Assembly: GCA_002070965.1 (NCBI GenBank)
Contig: MWEH01000151.1
Coordinates: 2,252-66,251 of the forward strand
Direction: 5' to 3'
DNA: 64,000 bases
Source: Firmicutes bacterium ADurb.Bin080
GTDB lineage: Bacteria; Bacillota; Clostridia; Christensenellales; DTU072
The translations under genes were made by a program, and so were the position numbers. Positions 45,335 through 54,882 of this stretch are shown here, in pieces. Numbering within the stretch: position 1 is the first letter of the stretch; the number at the start of each line of letters is the position of its first letter. The notes beneath the pieces were generated by a model that ran no database searches, was not told the DNA's origin, and saw nothing but the letters and a program-made list of their open reading frames with translations.

Positions 45335-45895
45335 ATGAGACTATACGACCATGAAATAATTAATCTGATAAAAGAGCGCTGGTCTCCTCGGGCTATTTCC
45401 AGCGATCCAGTTGACAAAAAAGATATTGTCGCAGTTCTTGAAGCAGCTAGATTTGCTCCATCGTGTTTCAATGAGCAGCCTTGGAGGTTTATCGTAGCTA
45501 ACGATGAAAAGTCTTTAAAAAAAATGAGAAATCTATTAGCAACTTCAAATCAAGTTTGGGCTAATTCAGCACCGGTTTTGATTCTTGTTCTTGCATTCAA
45601 CAAGTTTGCTTACAATGGTAAAGATAACTTCTGGGCAAAATTTGATACTGGGACATCGTGGGGTTTTATGTCGCTTGAGGCGGTAAACCGTGGCCTTGTT
45701 ACACATGCTATGGGAGGATTTAACCGAAAAGAAGCTGCCGCCGTGTATTCCCTTGATGAAAATACCGAACCCATTGCTATTGTAGCTCTTGGAAAGTATG
45801 GTAACGCACAAGATCTTCCAGAGGAATTAAGAGAAAGAGAATATCCTTCTGAGAGAAATAGTCAGGAAAAATTTGTAGTATGGGATACAGAATAA
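45335..45895 (+). CDS. Nitroreductase-family FMN oxidoreductase
   Basis: The start is set at ATG 45335 (AAGGAGG 7 nt upstream). RWSPRA, APS..N.QPWRF motifs. Confidence 0.8.
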   Translation: MRLYDHEIINLIKERWSPRAISSDPVDKKDIVAVLEAARFAPSCFNEQPWRFIVANDEKSLKKMRNLLATSNQVWANSAPVLILVLAFNKFAYNGKDNFWAKFDTGTSWGFMSLEAVNRGLVTHAMGGFNRKEAAAVYSLDENTEPIAIVALGKYGNAQDLPEELREREYPSERNSQEKFVVWDTE

Positions 45896-45896
45896 T

Positions 45897-46742
45897 ATGA
45901 GTAGATTTGTAAAATCAATTATAATTGGACAAAACACTATCGATGGAGCAGGAGTTAAACTAAAGCGGATATTGAACAATAAAACCGCTATTGAATTTGA
46001 CCCATTTTTGATGTTGGATGTTTTCGATTCAAAAGATCCGTACGAATATATCAAAGGTTTTCCATGGCACCCCCACAGAGGGATAGAAACTATAACTTAT
46101 CTAATAACCGGGGAACTCGAACATGGAGACAGCCTGGGTAATAAAGGGAAGATTTTCTCTGGTTCTTGCCAATGGATGACTGCTGGTTCGGGTATTCTTC
46201 ATTGGGAAATGCCCCAACCTTCGGAACACTTTATGGGAATTCAACTATGGCTGAATCTTCCTAGAAAGGATAAATATGCTGAGCCAAAATACTTCGACAT
46301 AAAAAGTGATAGTATCCCCGAACTTAAAACCATATCCTCCTCTGTAAAGATAATATCCGGGAGTTATAAAGGCATTTCAGGCCCCGCTTTTGGAGACTAT
46401 GTGAAACTAGTCTTTTTGGATATAAGTCTGGGGCCCGAAACCACTTGGGATTTTGATTTAGATTCAGACGATACCTGCTTTTTATACATTATTGATGGGG
46501 ATATATGTTTAGGAAAAAACGTACTATCGAGATATGAAAGGGGTAGAGTTCTCCTTTTTAGCCAGGGGCCAAATCTTGAAGTTTCATCTTCTAAGTCGGG
46601 AGCAAGGTTTTTACTGTTTTCAGCAAAACCCACTAATGAACCCATTGCTTGGGGTGGGCCAATAGTAATGAACTCCAAGGAAGAACTTAACGCTGCATTT
46701 GAAGAATTAGATTTAGGGACATTTATCAAACATCAAAAATGA
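45897..46742 (+). CDS. Pirin-family (bicupin) protein
   Basis: 281-aa ORF with HPHRG.ETITY...G...H.D..G motifs. It starts 1 nt after the nitroreductase stop. Confidence 0.85.
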   Translation: MSRFVKSIIIGQNTIDGAGVKLKRILNNKTAIEFDPFLMLDVFDSKDPYEYIKGFPWHPHRGIETITYLITGELEHGDSLGNKGKIFSGSCQWMTAGSGILHWEMPQPSEHFMGIQLWLNLPRKDKYAEPKYFDIKSDSIPELKTISSSVKIISGSYKGISGPAFGDYVKLVFLDISLGPETTWDFDLDSDDTCFLYIIDGDICLGKNVLSRYERGRVLLFSQGPNLEVSSSKSGARFLLFSAKPTNEPIAWGGPIVMNSKEELNAAFEELDLGTFIKHQK

Positions 46743-46833
46743 AAGTTTAACCCTATCTGGTAGGTAATGTATTGCCTTTTTATGCTATTGAAAATTTAAA
46801 TCTATCTGGTCTATAATGTATTACTTTTTTGTG

Positions 46834-46848
46834 TTATAATTATAATAA
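46834..46848. promoter_or_regulatory. PerR/Fur-type box-like palindrome overlapping an extended -10 promoter (TGtTATAAT) of dfx-rub
   Basis: TTATAATTATAATAA differs at one position from the 7-1-7 consensus TTATAATnATTATAA. TG at 46832-46833 and TATAAT at 46835-46840. In AT-rich DNA a chance match is possible. Confidence 0.35.
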
Positions 46849-46872
46849 TTTTAAAAATAAGGAGATAATAAA

Positions 46873-47265
46873 ATGGCTAAAGCAAGACAAAATTTTTATA
46901 TTTGCGAAGTATGTGGTAATATTGTGGGCTTAATTAATGATGCTGGAATTCCCCTTGTTTGTTGTGGAGAAGATATGAAGGAATTGGTTCCCAATGGCGT
47001 TGAAGCCAAGACCGATTATCATATTCCTGCTGTTTCAGTAGACGGGAACATTGTTACCGTAAAAGTAGGTTCTTTACCTCATCCAATGACTGAACAACAT
47101 CATATAAGTTGGGTATACCTTCAAACAGAGAAAGGTGGCCAGAGAAAAATTCTCAAACCCAACCAAGAGCCAGTTCTGAAGTTTGCACTGACCGAGGATG
47201 ATAGACCTGAAATTGCTTATGCTTATTGTACCCTTCATGGGCTTTGGAAATCAGATATAAAATAA
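46873..47265 (+). CDS. dfx: Desulfoferrodoxin (2Fe superoxide reductase)
   Basis: 130-aa ORF. The N-terminal desulforedoxin motif is CEVCGN...CCG. The C-terminal neelaredoxin domain has H...H...C..HG ligands (…YCTLHGLW…). Confidence 0.9.
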   Translation: MAKARQNFYICEVCGNIVGLINDAGIPLVCCGEDMKELVPNGVEAKTDYHIPAVSVDGNIVTVKVGSLPHPMTEQHHISWVYLQTEKGGQRKILKPNQEPVLKFALTEDDRPEIAYAYCTLHGLWKSDIK

Positions 47266-47285
47266 TTAAATGGAGGAAATAAAAA

Positions 47286-47447
47286 ATGAAAAAATATTTA
47301 TGTGAAATATGTGGTTACGTATATGATGAAGCTGATGGGGATCCAGATAGTGGAATAGCCCCTGGTACCAAATGGGAAGATGTCCCCGAAGATTGGGAGT
47401 GCCCGGTGTGCGGAGCAGCCAAATCAGAATTTAAAGAGATAGAATAA
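47286..47447 (+). CDS. Rubredoxin
   Basis: Not in the ORF track (53 aa). Hand translation: [53 protein letters not shown]. It has two CxxCG knuckles, and an RBS GGAGGA lies upstream. Confidence 0.9.
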   Translation: MKKYLCEICGYVYDEADGDPDSGIAPGTKWEDVPEDWECPVCGAAKSEFKEIE

Positions 47448-47465
47448 TATATTTAATTATTTGTT

Positions 47466-47496
47466 AGAGCGGAGGTTTTTCTCCGCTCTTTTTTTT
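47466..47496 (+). terminator. Rho-independent terminator of dfx-rub
   Basis: AGAGCGGAG-gttttt-CTCCGCTCT followed by T8. Confidence 0.85.
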
Positions 47497-47601
47497 AAGT
47501 TTTTTCTTATATGTTAGCCTGATCTCGGGCCCCTATATTGACACTTATCTATTTTAGTGCCAAAATTGGTTTATGAGTACATTATCTTTAAGGAGGAATA
47601 T

Positions 47602-49488
47602 ATGAAAGCAGCAACTTCGGATACGATAGTTGATTCTATCGAAGCTACAAGAGTTAAGCAGTTCAACAAAAACAAATGGTTTTTCTCCCTTGGGGGAATA
47701 GGCAGGGACATGTCATATCAGCTAATCAATGCGTTCCTACTTACTTATGTACAATTTGGGGTCTCGCTTGAGCTTGTTCAATTCACAACATTAAGCATTA
47801 TAATTGGAGTTGGCGGAAGACTTTGGGATGCTGTTAACGATCCTGTCATGGGCGCTATTATAGAAGGCTCTCACCTAAAGTGGGGAAAATTCAAGCCATG
47901 GATTATGATAGGTGCGATAGGCTGCGGAGCAATCATCATATTAATGTTTACGTTAAGAGTGTTTACCGGTTGGGCTTTTGTCGCATTTTTGGTTGTGGCA
48001 TACCTTCTTTGGGAAACAACCTACACTATGAATGACATCGGTTATTGGGCAATGCTCCCTTCTCTTTCTTCAAAAGAAAAAGAGAGAAATCAGGTTACTA
48101 TGCTAACCGTAATTTTTGCTGGATTGGGTGCCTTCATCGGACAGGGATTAATCACTTTTTTCACCCCTGGAAATGTCGTTGTCGGATATCGCAATATGTC
48201 AATAATTATTGTTGCCTCTCTAATTCTATGCCAGGCATTAACCACATTTTTCGTTAAGGAAACGCCAAGAACTGAAGAGGAAAAACAATCTAAAATTTCT
48301 CTTAAAAAAATGTGGAAAACAATAAAAAACAACGATCAGTTATTATGGATGGCTTTATCTTTAATCTGTTATAGTGTCGGGAGTGGTCTCCTTGTGGCCC
48401 TTGCATACAACCTGTATTATCTTGAAGTTGGGTATGACAATCAGGCTTTTTACTTCATTGTTATTTTTGGTGTCTGCAGTATCGCTGCAAATGCTCTATA
48501 TACTCTTCTCGCGAATAAATTAGGAAGAAAAAAACTGCAACTTTTAAGCGCAGCTCTTGCAATTTTGGGTTACATAGGTGTCGCTTTACTTGGATGGACC
48601 TCAATTTTACCTTTCAACATTCTCACCCTCGCAATATTTGGAGTACTAATATTCACCGGCCAGACTTTATTCTATATGGCAACAATTATTAATATGACAA
48701 ACTGTGTTGAATACAATGAATACACTCAGGGAGAAAGAAACGAGGCTGTAGTATCAACGCTAAGACCCTTTGTCGCTAAATTTTCTTCAGCTCTTCAATA
48801 CGGAATAGTAACCCTTGTTCTCGTCGCATCGGGTATATACATCTTAAGCCAGAATATTTCTACCATGGAATCTCAAAAGAATTTTCTTTCAGGGATTAAA
48901 ACATCCACCGAACAAATCGATTACATAAGTGATATTCAAGATTACTTTGAAATTTATGAGAACGCTCTGGATAAAGGTGATGCTAACAATCAAATAGAAA
49001 CCCTTATTGCACAAGACGGATTAACAAAATATCAGCTGAAAGTTAGCTATTTACAGTCTCTTGCTGATTGTAAAATATTTCGTACGACCTTCGTTAACGG
49101 AGAGCAAGTAGGCGATCCGGTTGATCTTGGTATATGGAAAAACATTGATGGTAGTGTTTTATTATCCGATAGTGGCACCACCACTTATGTATATTCAATG
49201 GAACTAATCGCCGGAGGCTATAATGCTGCGAATCTCAATTTCAAAGAATCCGGGACTCTAGAGATGCGGATATGGATGAGAATTGCAGTTTGTGGACTAC
49301 CTATAATTCTTATTGCAGTTGCATGGCTAATTCAGAATAAAAAATTCAAGATAGACGAAAAGTTCTATAACCAAATGTTAGAAACTATTGCCGCTAGGCA
49401 TACGGAGACCCTAGATACAACCAATAGCAAAGAAGCGAGCGAAGATAATCTGAATGAAAAACCCGAAGATAGTGTAAATAAAATGTAA
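47602..49488 (+). CDS. GPH-family sugar:cation symporter with a large soluble insertion before the last TM helix
   Basis: The start is set at ATG 47602 (AAGGAGG upstream). DAVNDPVMGAIIEGSHLKWGKFKPW signature. A hydrophilic segment of about 140 aa (roughly 48847-49270) is followed by a final TM helix. Confidence 0.8.
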   Translation: MKAATSDTIVDSIEATRVKQFNKNKWFFSLGGIGRDMSYQLINAFLLTYVQFGVSLELVQFTTLSIIIGVGGRLWDAVNDPVMGAIIEGSHLKWGKFKPWIMIGAIGCGAIIILMFTLRVFTGWAFVAFLVVAYLLWETTYTMNDIGYWAMLPSLSSKEKERNQVTMLTVIFAGLGAFIGQGLITFFTPGNVVVGYRNMSIIIVASLILCQALTTFFVKETPRTEEEKQSKISLKKMWKTIKNNDQLLWMALSLICYSVGSGLLVALAYNLYYLEVGYDNQAFYFIVIFGVCSIAANALYTLLANKLGRKKLQLLSAALAILGYIGVALLGWTSILPFNILTLAIFGVLIFTGQTLFYMATIINMTNCVEYNEYTQGERNEAVVSTLRPFVAKFSSALQYGIVTLVLVASGIYILSQNISTMESQKNFLSGIKTSTEQIDYISDIQDYFEIYENALDKGDANNQIETLIAQDGLTKYQLKVSYLQSLADCKIFRTTFVNGEQVGDPVDLGIWKNIDGSVLLSDSGTTTYVYSMELIAGGYNAANLNFKESGTLEMRIWMRIAVCGLPIILIAVAWLIQNKKFKIDEKFYNQMLETIAARHTETLDTTNSKEASEDNLNEKPEDSVNKM

Positions 49489-49507
49489 TCGAAATATAAA
49501 CATTTTT

Positions 49508-49536
49508 AAAGGAGCCCTCGTACGGCTCCTTTTTTA
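49508..49536. terminator. Bidirectional rho-independent terminator between convergent genes
   Basis: AAAGGAGCC-ctcgtac-GGCTCCTTT-ttt. Confidence 0.8.
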
Positions 49537-49565
49537 TATAAGATTCATATTACAAAATTCATTTT

Positions 49566-50867
49566 TCACATCCATATCAACCATATGAGTATGTATCCCG
49601 AAATAACTGCTATTAAGGTAAATGGAATACTGATTTTCATAAACTGCCAAGCTTTGACATTATGCCCATCCTTTCTCAAAATACCTAATGCGGCAATATT
49701 TGCCGATGCTCCAATCGGAGTAAGATTGCCTCCAAGTGTTGCTCCTGAAAGTAATCCAAAATACAACACTGTTGGATCAACGCCCATTAGAGCGGCTATT
49801 CCAGAAACTACTGGTAACATTGTTGCGATATAGGGAATATTGTCAATAAAAGCGGATAGTAAAACAGAAAACCATACAATAATTGAATATATGGCAAAAA
49901 GGTTTCCTCCAGATATTTTCACAAACAACTCACTTAATTTATCTATTACGCCGGCCTCTCTTATCCCCGCAATGACCACAAAAAGACTGCCTAATAAAAG
50001 CAAGGTAAAAAAGTCTATTTCTTTAATTGTTTTTACCACTGTTTTAATATTCTTTTCAGATATGATTTCCTTAATAATCCCGATAAGCAACAGACTGATA
50101 CAAATCACTCCGTTTGTAATATCGAGTTCCCCTGCCATTATTTTAAAATTATTGGGTAGGAATGAGGCAATTATTAAGAGCATAATCATTAGGATGAGCA
50201 AAATAGAGGGGAAAAAATCCTTTACTTCTGTCTTGTTTTCAACAATAATCTTTTGTTTATCCTTTCTAAATACAAAAAATAGTAAGAGAGTAGCTAATAT
50301 GGCACTAATCTGAACCACAAAAAAAAGGCCCATGTTCCCCTTGAAAACAAAGAAGTCTAAAAAAGTCATGTCTGCATAGCCACCAAGCATAATGGATGTT
50401 GTGTCGCCTACAAGAGTAGCTGCGCCCTGGAGATTAGAAGATATTGCAATAGCAATAATACAATTTACTGGAGAAATGTTTAATTTTTTACAAATTGTTA
50501 AAGCAATAGGAGCAATCATTAGTACGGTCGCTACGTTGTCTATGAATGCCGAAACAATACCTGCAAAAAACGCTAACGATATAACAGCCCATCTGACATC
50601 TGGGGTTTTTGCAATGATTTTTTCGGCTAAAAGAGAAGGCATTTCGGATTTGATAAAAAGAGCAACGATTCCCATTGTACCCCCAATCATCATCAATACA
50701 TTCCAATCCACAGAACCGAAAAATTTATTTATAGGTAATATTCCAATAGAAATATATAGTACCGCAGAAACTAAAGCAACATAAGCTCTATATTTGGGCA
50801 GAACTAATAATAATACATAAGTTAATGCAAACAATACTATCGCAATAATAAATTTGGTCTCCATCAC
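49566..50867 (-). CDS. ArsB/NhaD-superfamily (YbiR/citrate-transporter-like) anion permease
   Basis: 433-aa polytopic ORF with internal two-fold repeat architecture and IDN(V/I) motifs typical of this permease superfamily. Substrate unknown. Confidence 0.65.
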   Translation of the reverse strand: MMETKFIIAIVLFALTYVLLLVLPKYRAYVALVSAVLYISIGILPINKFFGSVDWNVLMMIGGTMGIVALFIKSEMPSLLAEKIIAKTPDVRWAVISLAFFAGIVSAFIDNVATVLMIAPIALTICKKLNISPVNCIIAIAISSNLQGAATLVGDTTSIMLGGYADMTFLDFFVFKGNMGLFFVVQISAILATLLLFFVFRKDKQKIIVENKTEVKDFFPSILLILMIMLLIIASFLPNNFKIMAGELDITNGVICISLLLIGIIKEIISEKNIKTVVKTIKEIDFFTLLLLGSLFVVIAGIREAGVIDKLSELFVKISGGNLFAIYSIIVWFSVLLSAFIDNIPYIATMLPVVSGIAALMGVDPTVLYFGLLSGATLGGNLTPIGASANIAALGILRKDGHNVKAWQFMKISIPFTLIAVISGYILIWLIWM

Positions 50868-51044
50868 TCAAAGTCTCCAATAATTAATACTTATGGTATT
50901 ATATACCCTTAAATTAGATTTTGCACCATATATAAATAATCTCTGTATTGACTGAACCTTTCTATTATGATAGTCTTGAAACATTCTATTTAACTAAAAA
51001 TTTAAATCAAGTAATTACTTATCTTATCTAACAAGGAGAAAAAC

Positions 51045-51308
51045 ATGAAAGAAATTACATACTTCTATCTTCAAGGGTGTCCTTACTGCAAACAAGCAGA
51101 CAGATTAATTGAGGAATTATGCAATGAAAATCCAAAGTATTCAAGTATAAAAATCAATAAAGTCGAGGAGAGAGAAAATCGAGCTTTTGCCAATTCTTTT
51201 GATTACTTTTATGTCCCATGTCTCTGGATTGAAAAAAATAAAGTTCACGAAGGTCCTGCGACTAAAGAAACCATAAAAAAAGCACTAGATGCCGCGTTGA
51301 AAGACTGA
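51045..51308 (+). CDS. Glutaredoxin-like thioredoxin-fold protein (CPYC active site)
   Basis: 87-aa ORF with GCPYCKQA near the N-terminus. Confidence 0.75.
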   Translation: MKEITYFYLQGCPYCKQADRLIEELCNENPKYSSIKINKVEERENRAFANSFDYFYVPCLWIEKNKVHEGPATKETIKKALDAALKD

Positions 51309-51375
51309 GTTGAATACACTCTTCTTTTTTCTTTCATAATAATTCAATATACTCTTTTCTGCGAAAAAACCATAA

Positions 51376-51401
51376 AAAAAGGCCTTTTTGGGGCCTTTTT
51401 T
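51376..51401. terminator. Bidirectional rho-independent terminator
   Basis: AAAAAGGCC-tttttgg-GGCCTTTTT. Confidence 0.7.
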
Positions 51402-51424
51402 AAAAACCTAATGCATTAATGATT

Positions 51425-52723
51425 TTAATTCATAAAAATGGTATTAAGTTTATTTTCCCATTTCAAAAAATCTTTTTCCGAATACACACTTGGAATTCTA
51501 TTAGCAATTTTCATCGCCCTTTTCCCATTATTTAAAGTATTCAATAAAGAAATAAGTAAACCGGGGTTGGAAAAACCTTGTCTAGCTTTTTTAATCATAG
51601 AACAAAACGACAATTCAAAGGGTTTACCGGATGCAACTAAAGCCATTTCCTCTGCATTCACAAGGCCTTTATCTGAGATAAAGGAAATGTCTGTTAATTT
51701 TGCCTTTAGAAGCCATCTTTTCATAATGTCCACTGCAAAATGCTGGTATAAGAAGTCCTTATAGCATCTAACTTGGTAATCCCACAAATTCTCTTGCTGG
51801 AAATTACATTCGCACTTAACGATTGTTTCAGAGAGTATTTTCCCACATCTAAGTGAACTGTGAATACCTGAACCTAACATTGGTATCGTCATAAATGCGG
51901 AATCTCCCAACAGGACATAACCATTCCAAATCATTTTTCTTATAGGACTACTTACTGGGATTACATATTTCCCTTCCGATATTGTCTTTTCGCCTATAAT
52001 GGGATTATCATTTTTTAAATCGATTAAAGCTTCATCTATTTCTTTGTCTGAAATTCCTTCTATGCTACCAATTAAAATATCCACTTCAGAATTCTTATCT
52101 ATCGCCCAAGAAATTCCCTTCCTTCCCATATGTCTTAGATATGCCTTGTTAGTATGAAATGCTCTTTCGAGATCATTTTTTCTCTCCCAAAATGCTCTGT
52201 ATACGTAAAAAACATCCTCCTCGGAATAATCTTGTTTGATTAGTGCTTCATCTGGTAATTGAGATCTTAATGGAGAATTATATCCACAATTGTCTATTAC
52301 AAGATCTGCAAAAAAATTGCCATTATTGGTGGTTACCCCTATAACACAAGAATCCTTAATAATGGGTTTTTGAATTAAATGAGAAAACAAAAATTTTGTA
52401 TTTAAACATTGAGAGAGAAGAATTTTCGCAAGAGATCTCCTATGAATAGATAAATCTTTTAAGTCATCTGGGATCGAAATTCTTGTAACATTTTTACTCC
52501 CAAACATTAAAAATGACCAATCCTGCTTAAGATGATAGTCAAGATTATCAATTGGGATGTCTGCTTCGACAAAAGTATTTCTTTCTACATCATCGTGCCA
52601 ATCATAACTTATTTGATCTCTTGAGTTTTTTTCGATTACCGTTACATCGTATCCTTTTCTTTCAAGTATCCAGGCAAGATAAAGCCCCCCTACTCCTGCC
52701 CCGGCTATTATTATACTTGTCAT
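51425..52723 (-). CDS. FAD-dependent oxidoreductase (geranylgeranyl-reductase-like Rossmann fold)
   Basis: 432-aa ORF with IIIAGAGVGGLYLA...VTVIEK (GxGxxG plus an acidic end). Substrate unknown. Confidence 0.65.
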   Translation of the reverse strand: MTSIIIAGAGVGGLYLAWILERKGYDVTVIEKNSRDQISYDWHDDVERNTFVEADIPIDNLDYHLKQDWSFLMFGSKNVTRISIPDDLKDLSIHRRSLAKILLSQCLNTKFLFSHLIQKPIIKDSCVIGVTTNNGNFFADLVIDNCGYNSPLRSQLPDEALIKQDYSEEDVFYVYRAFWERKNDLERAFHTNKAYLRHMGRKGISWAIDKNSEVDILIGSIEGISDKEIDEALIDLKNDNPIIGEKTISEGKYVIPVSSPIRKMIWNGYVLLGDSAFMTIPMLGSGIHSSLRCGKILSETIVKCECNFQQENLWDYQVRCYKDFLYQHFAVDIMKRWLLKAKLTDISFISDKGLVNAEEMALVASGKPFELSFCSMIKKARQGFSNPGLLISLLNTLNNGKRAMKIANRIPSVYSEKDFLKWENKLNTIFMN

Positions 52724-52731
52724 AAAACCCC

Positions 52732-53409
52732 CTAGTTCTTTGGAACATTCCCATCATCAAACATTGAAATAAGGTGAGACGCATCACAAAATGGTATATT
52801 CCTTGATTTTCCGCACCTACATAACGCAACAGAGTCCCGAGTTTCGTATATTTGCCCATCTTCAGACTCAATTGGAATCCCGCCTCTTACAAATATTGCA
52901 GCGCTCACTCCTTTTTCTGGATCCTGGACTATCTCAATGCACGGCTTATTTTTAATTTCATGTCTATACCCATTTTTTTCTATAGCAATCAATCTTCCAG
53001 CTGGACATTCAATAGCCCCAATAATAGCTTCGCTTTTATTTAACGGGTTATATGATCTTTCCGTCAGCTCCCATGCATCCCCTCTGTCGCGATGACAAAA
53101 TCTTGCCATGGCACATCTTCCATCATCCATTAAGTCTAAATCTGGGCCTTTTAGTATTTCAGCCCTCTCGTCATATGTTTTTCTACTTGCTGTTTCGCTA
53201 CCATCAAACCCATTCTTCAAATGTATTCCATCACAAAAGGGAGGTATGCTCGTTTCCCCGCATCGACAAAGTATATATTTTTCTTTTTGCGGAAGAGCTC
53301 TGCCATCTTGTAGTACATAATGGTCCCCGACTGGAACTATTATTTTTTCGTATAGCGGCACGCCACCCGTAACAATATAAGGCCCATTCTTTAAAATCTT
53401 TATCTTCAT
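52732..53409 (-). CDS. CDGSH iron-sulfur domain protein (two CDGSH-type motifs flanking a central Cys-containing domain)
   Basis: 225-aa ORF with CRCGETSIPPFCDGIH and CRCGKSRNIPFCDASH (C-x-C-x2-S-x3-P-x-C-D-x-x-H pattern), plus central Cys residues (CAMARFCH...CP). Confidence 0.7.
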   Translation of the reverse strand: MKIKILKNGPYIVTGGVPLYEKIIVPVGDHYVLQDGRALPQKEKYILCRCGETSIPPFCDGIHLKNGFDGSETASRKTYDERAEILKGPDLDLMDDGRCAMARFCHRDRGDAWELTERSYNPLNKSEAIIGAIECPAGRLIAIEKNGYRHEIKNKPCIEIVQDPEKGVSAAIFVRGGIPIESEDGQIYETRDSVALCRCGKSRNIPFCDASHLISMFDDGNVPKN

Positions 53410-53564
53410 ATAATATCCTGCAAAAAATCTAATAGTATTATACTATATATTTGTGTATTTTCAAAAAATACTAAAAACCACAATTGGCTTTAGTATTAGT
53501 GTTTTATCAAAAAAATACTTGTATGTAAACCGTTCATACTTAAATCGATTTATTCAAATCTATT

Positions 53565-54287
53565 TTAATCAACGTGCAAACCAACGCCAGAAAAAGCCAC
53601 ATAAAAAAGATAAAGAGCGAAGGCAAGAAGCAATATACCCATTACAATGTTGATAATTTTCCCTGCTTTCTCGAACTTGGGATTCCGAGAAAGGCCTTTT
53701 ACCCAACCAACTGAAGTTCCAGCGGCAACTGCAAGAATGCTGTGCCCAATCGCATAAGTTAGTAACATTATTGCACCCATCGCAATTGATTGACCAGTTG
53801 ATACCACGGCAACTATAGCGATAAGAACGGGAGTTGAACAGGGTGAAGCAAAAACCGAACTAACCATGCCAACGAGAAGGGCCCCTATTGCCCCTTTTTT
53901 CTTTCCTACGGGAGAAGGACCACATTTATGCTTGAAGATATGTATTATTCCAAAGGACTGAAGGGACATTACTACCATCAATAAGCCCAAAAAAATGTAC
54001 CAATACATCTGAATTCCCAAGAATAAATGTCCGACAAAGGCAGCTATTATTCCCATTATCGTAAATACAATTATGCTTCCTACTGCATACATTAAACTAT
54101 AGAAAAAAGCCTTCTTCCGGTCTTCTGAATATCCTCCGACATAACCTATAATCAAAGGCAAACTCGAAAGACAACAGGGAGTAAAAGAAGCTATTATTCC
54201 CGCAGCAAAGGAAATCAAAGGGCCCAGCCATATGTACTGAGTTAGTAAATTGCTTAATTGAGCAAGCCAAGTATCTATCATATCCAC
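53565..54287 (-). CDS. ccdA: Cytochrome c biogenesis protein CcdA / DsbD-type transmembrane thiol-disulfide electron transporter
   Basis: 240-aa, 6-TM ORF with the two conserved Cys-containing motifs (FTPCCLS and ASPCSTP). Confidence 0.8.
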   Translation of the reverse strand: MDMIDTWLAQLSNLLTQYIWLGPLISFAAGIIASFTPCCLSSLPLIIGYVGGYSEDRKKAFFYSLMYAVGSIIVFTIMGIIAAFVGHLFLGIQMYWYIFLGLLMVVMSLQSFGIIHIFKHKCGPSPVGKKKGAIGALLVGMVSSVFASPCSTPVLIAIVAVVSTGQSIAMGAIMLLTYAIGHSILAVAAGTSVGWVKGLSRNPKFEKAGKIINIVMGILLLAFALYLFYVAFSGVGLHVD

Positions 54288-54757
54288 CCCAACTTTTCAA
54301 AATCAGATTCGATTTGAGACTGATTTCTATATCCAACAGTCCTGTATACTTCCACCCCATCTTTTAAGAAGACCAAGGTCGGAATACTTTGAACATTATA
54401 TTCACTCGCTAGGCTAGCTCCTTTAGAAGAGAAACTAACATCATAAGAAAGAATATCTATCTCCCCAGAATATTTGCTTTTTAATGCATCAACCACCGGT
54501 TTCAATTGTCTACACGGTTCACATGTAACAGTACTGCCTAAGTTTAATACAACATACTGAGTCTCTGTTTCACCATCTATCAATTCTTGATTATTTATTC
54601 CCTCAGAGTCTTTGTTAAAAACCACCGAAAAAACAATAACCCCCACGATTGCAAGCAAAACCACAGATATTATTAGCGACTTAACTATCAAATCCTTTCT
54701 GCGAATCTTAGTATTTCGTTCAGCCTGCGCTTTTTTTTGAAGATCTCTGTTTGCCAT
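54278..54757 (-). CDS. Membrane-anchored thioredoxin-family protein (CxxC = CEPC)
   Basis: 159-aa ORF with an N-terminal TM anchor and a thioredoxin fold with a CEPC motif. It overlaps the ccdA start by 10 nt. Confidence 0.75.
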   Translation of the reverse strand: MANRDLQKKAQAERNTKIRRKDLIVKSLIISVVLLAIVGVIVFSVVFNKDSEGINNQELIDGETETQYVVLNLGSTVTCEPCRQLKPVVDALKSKYSGEIDILSYDVSFSSKGASLASEYNVQSIPTLVFLKDGVEVYRTVGYRNQSQIESDFEKLGWI

Positions 54758-54882
54758 CTAACACCTCGTCAAATGTAGTAATACAAAGATATTCTACAAC
54801 TCATTATACACCTGTGTATGTGAGAACAGCACATTAATTGTACTATAAATGTTTTAAAAAAGGTAAAAGAAATTTATATCTT

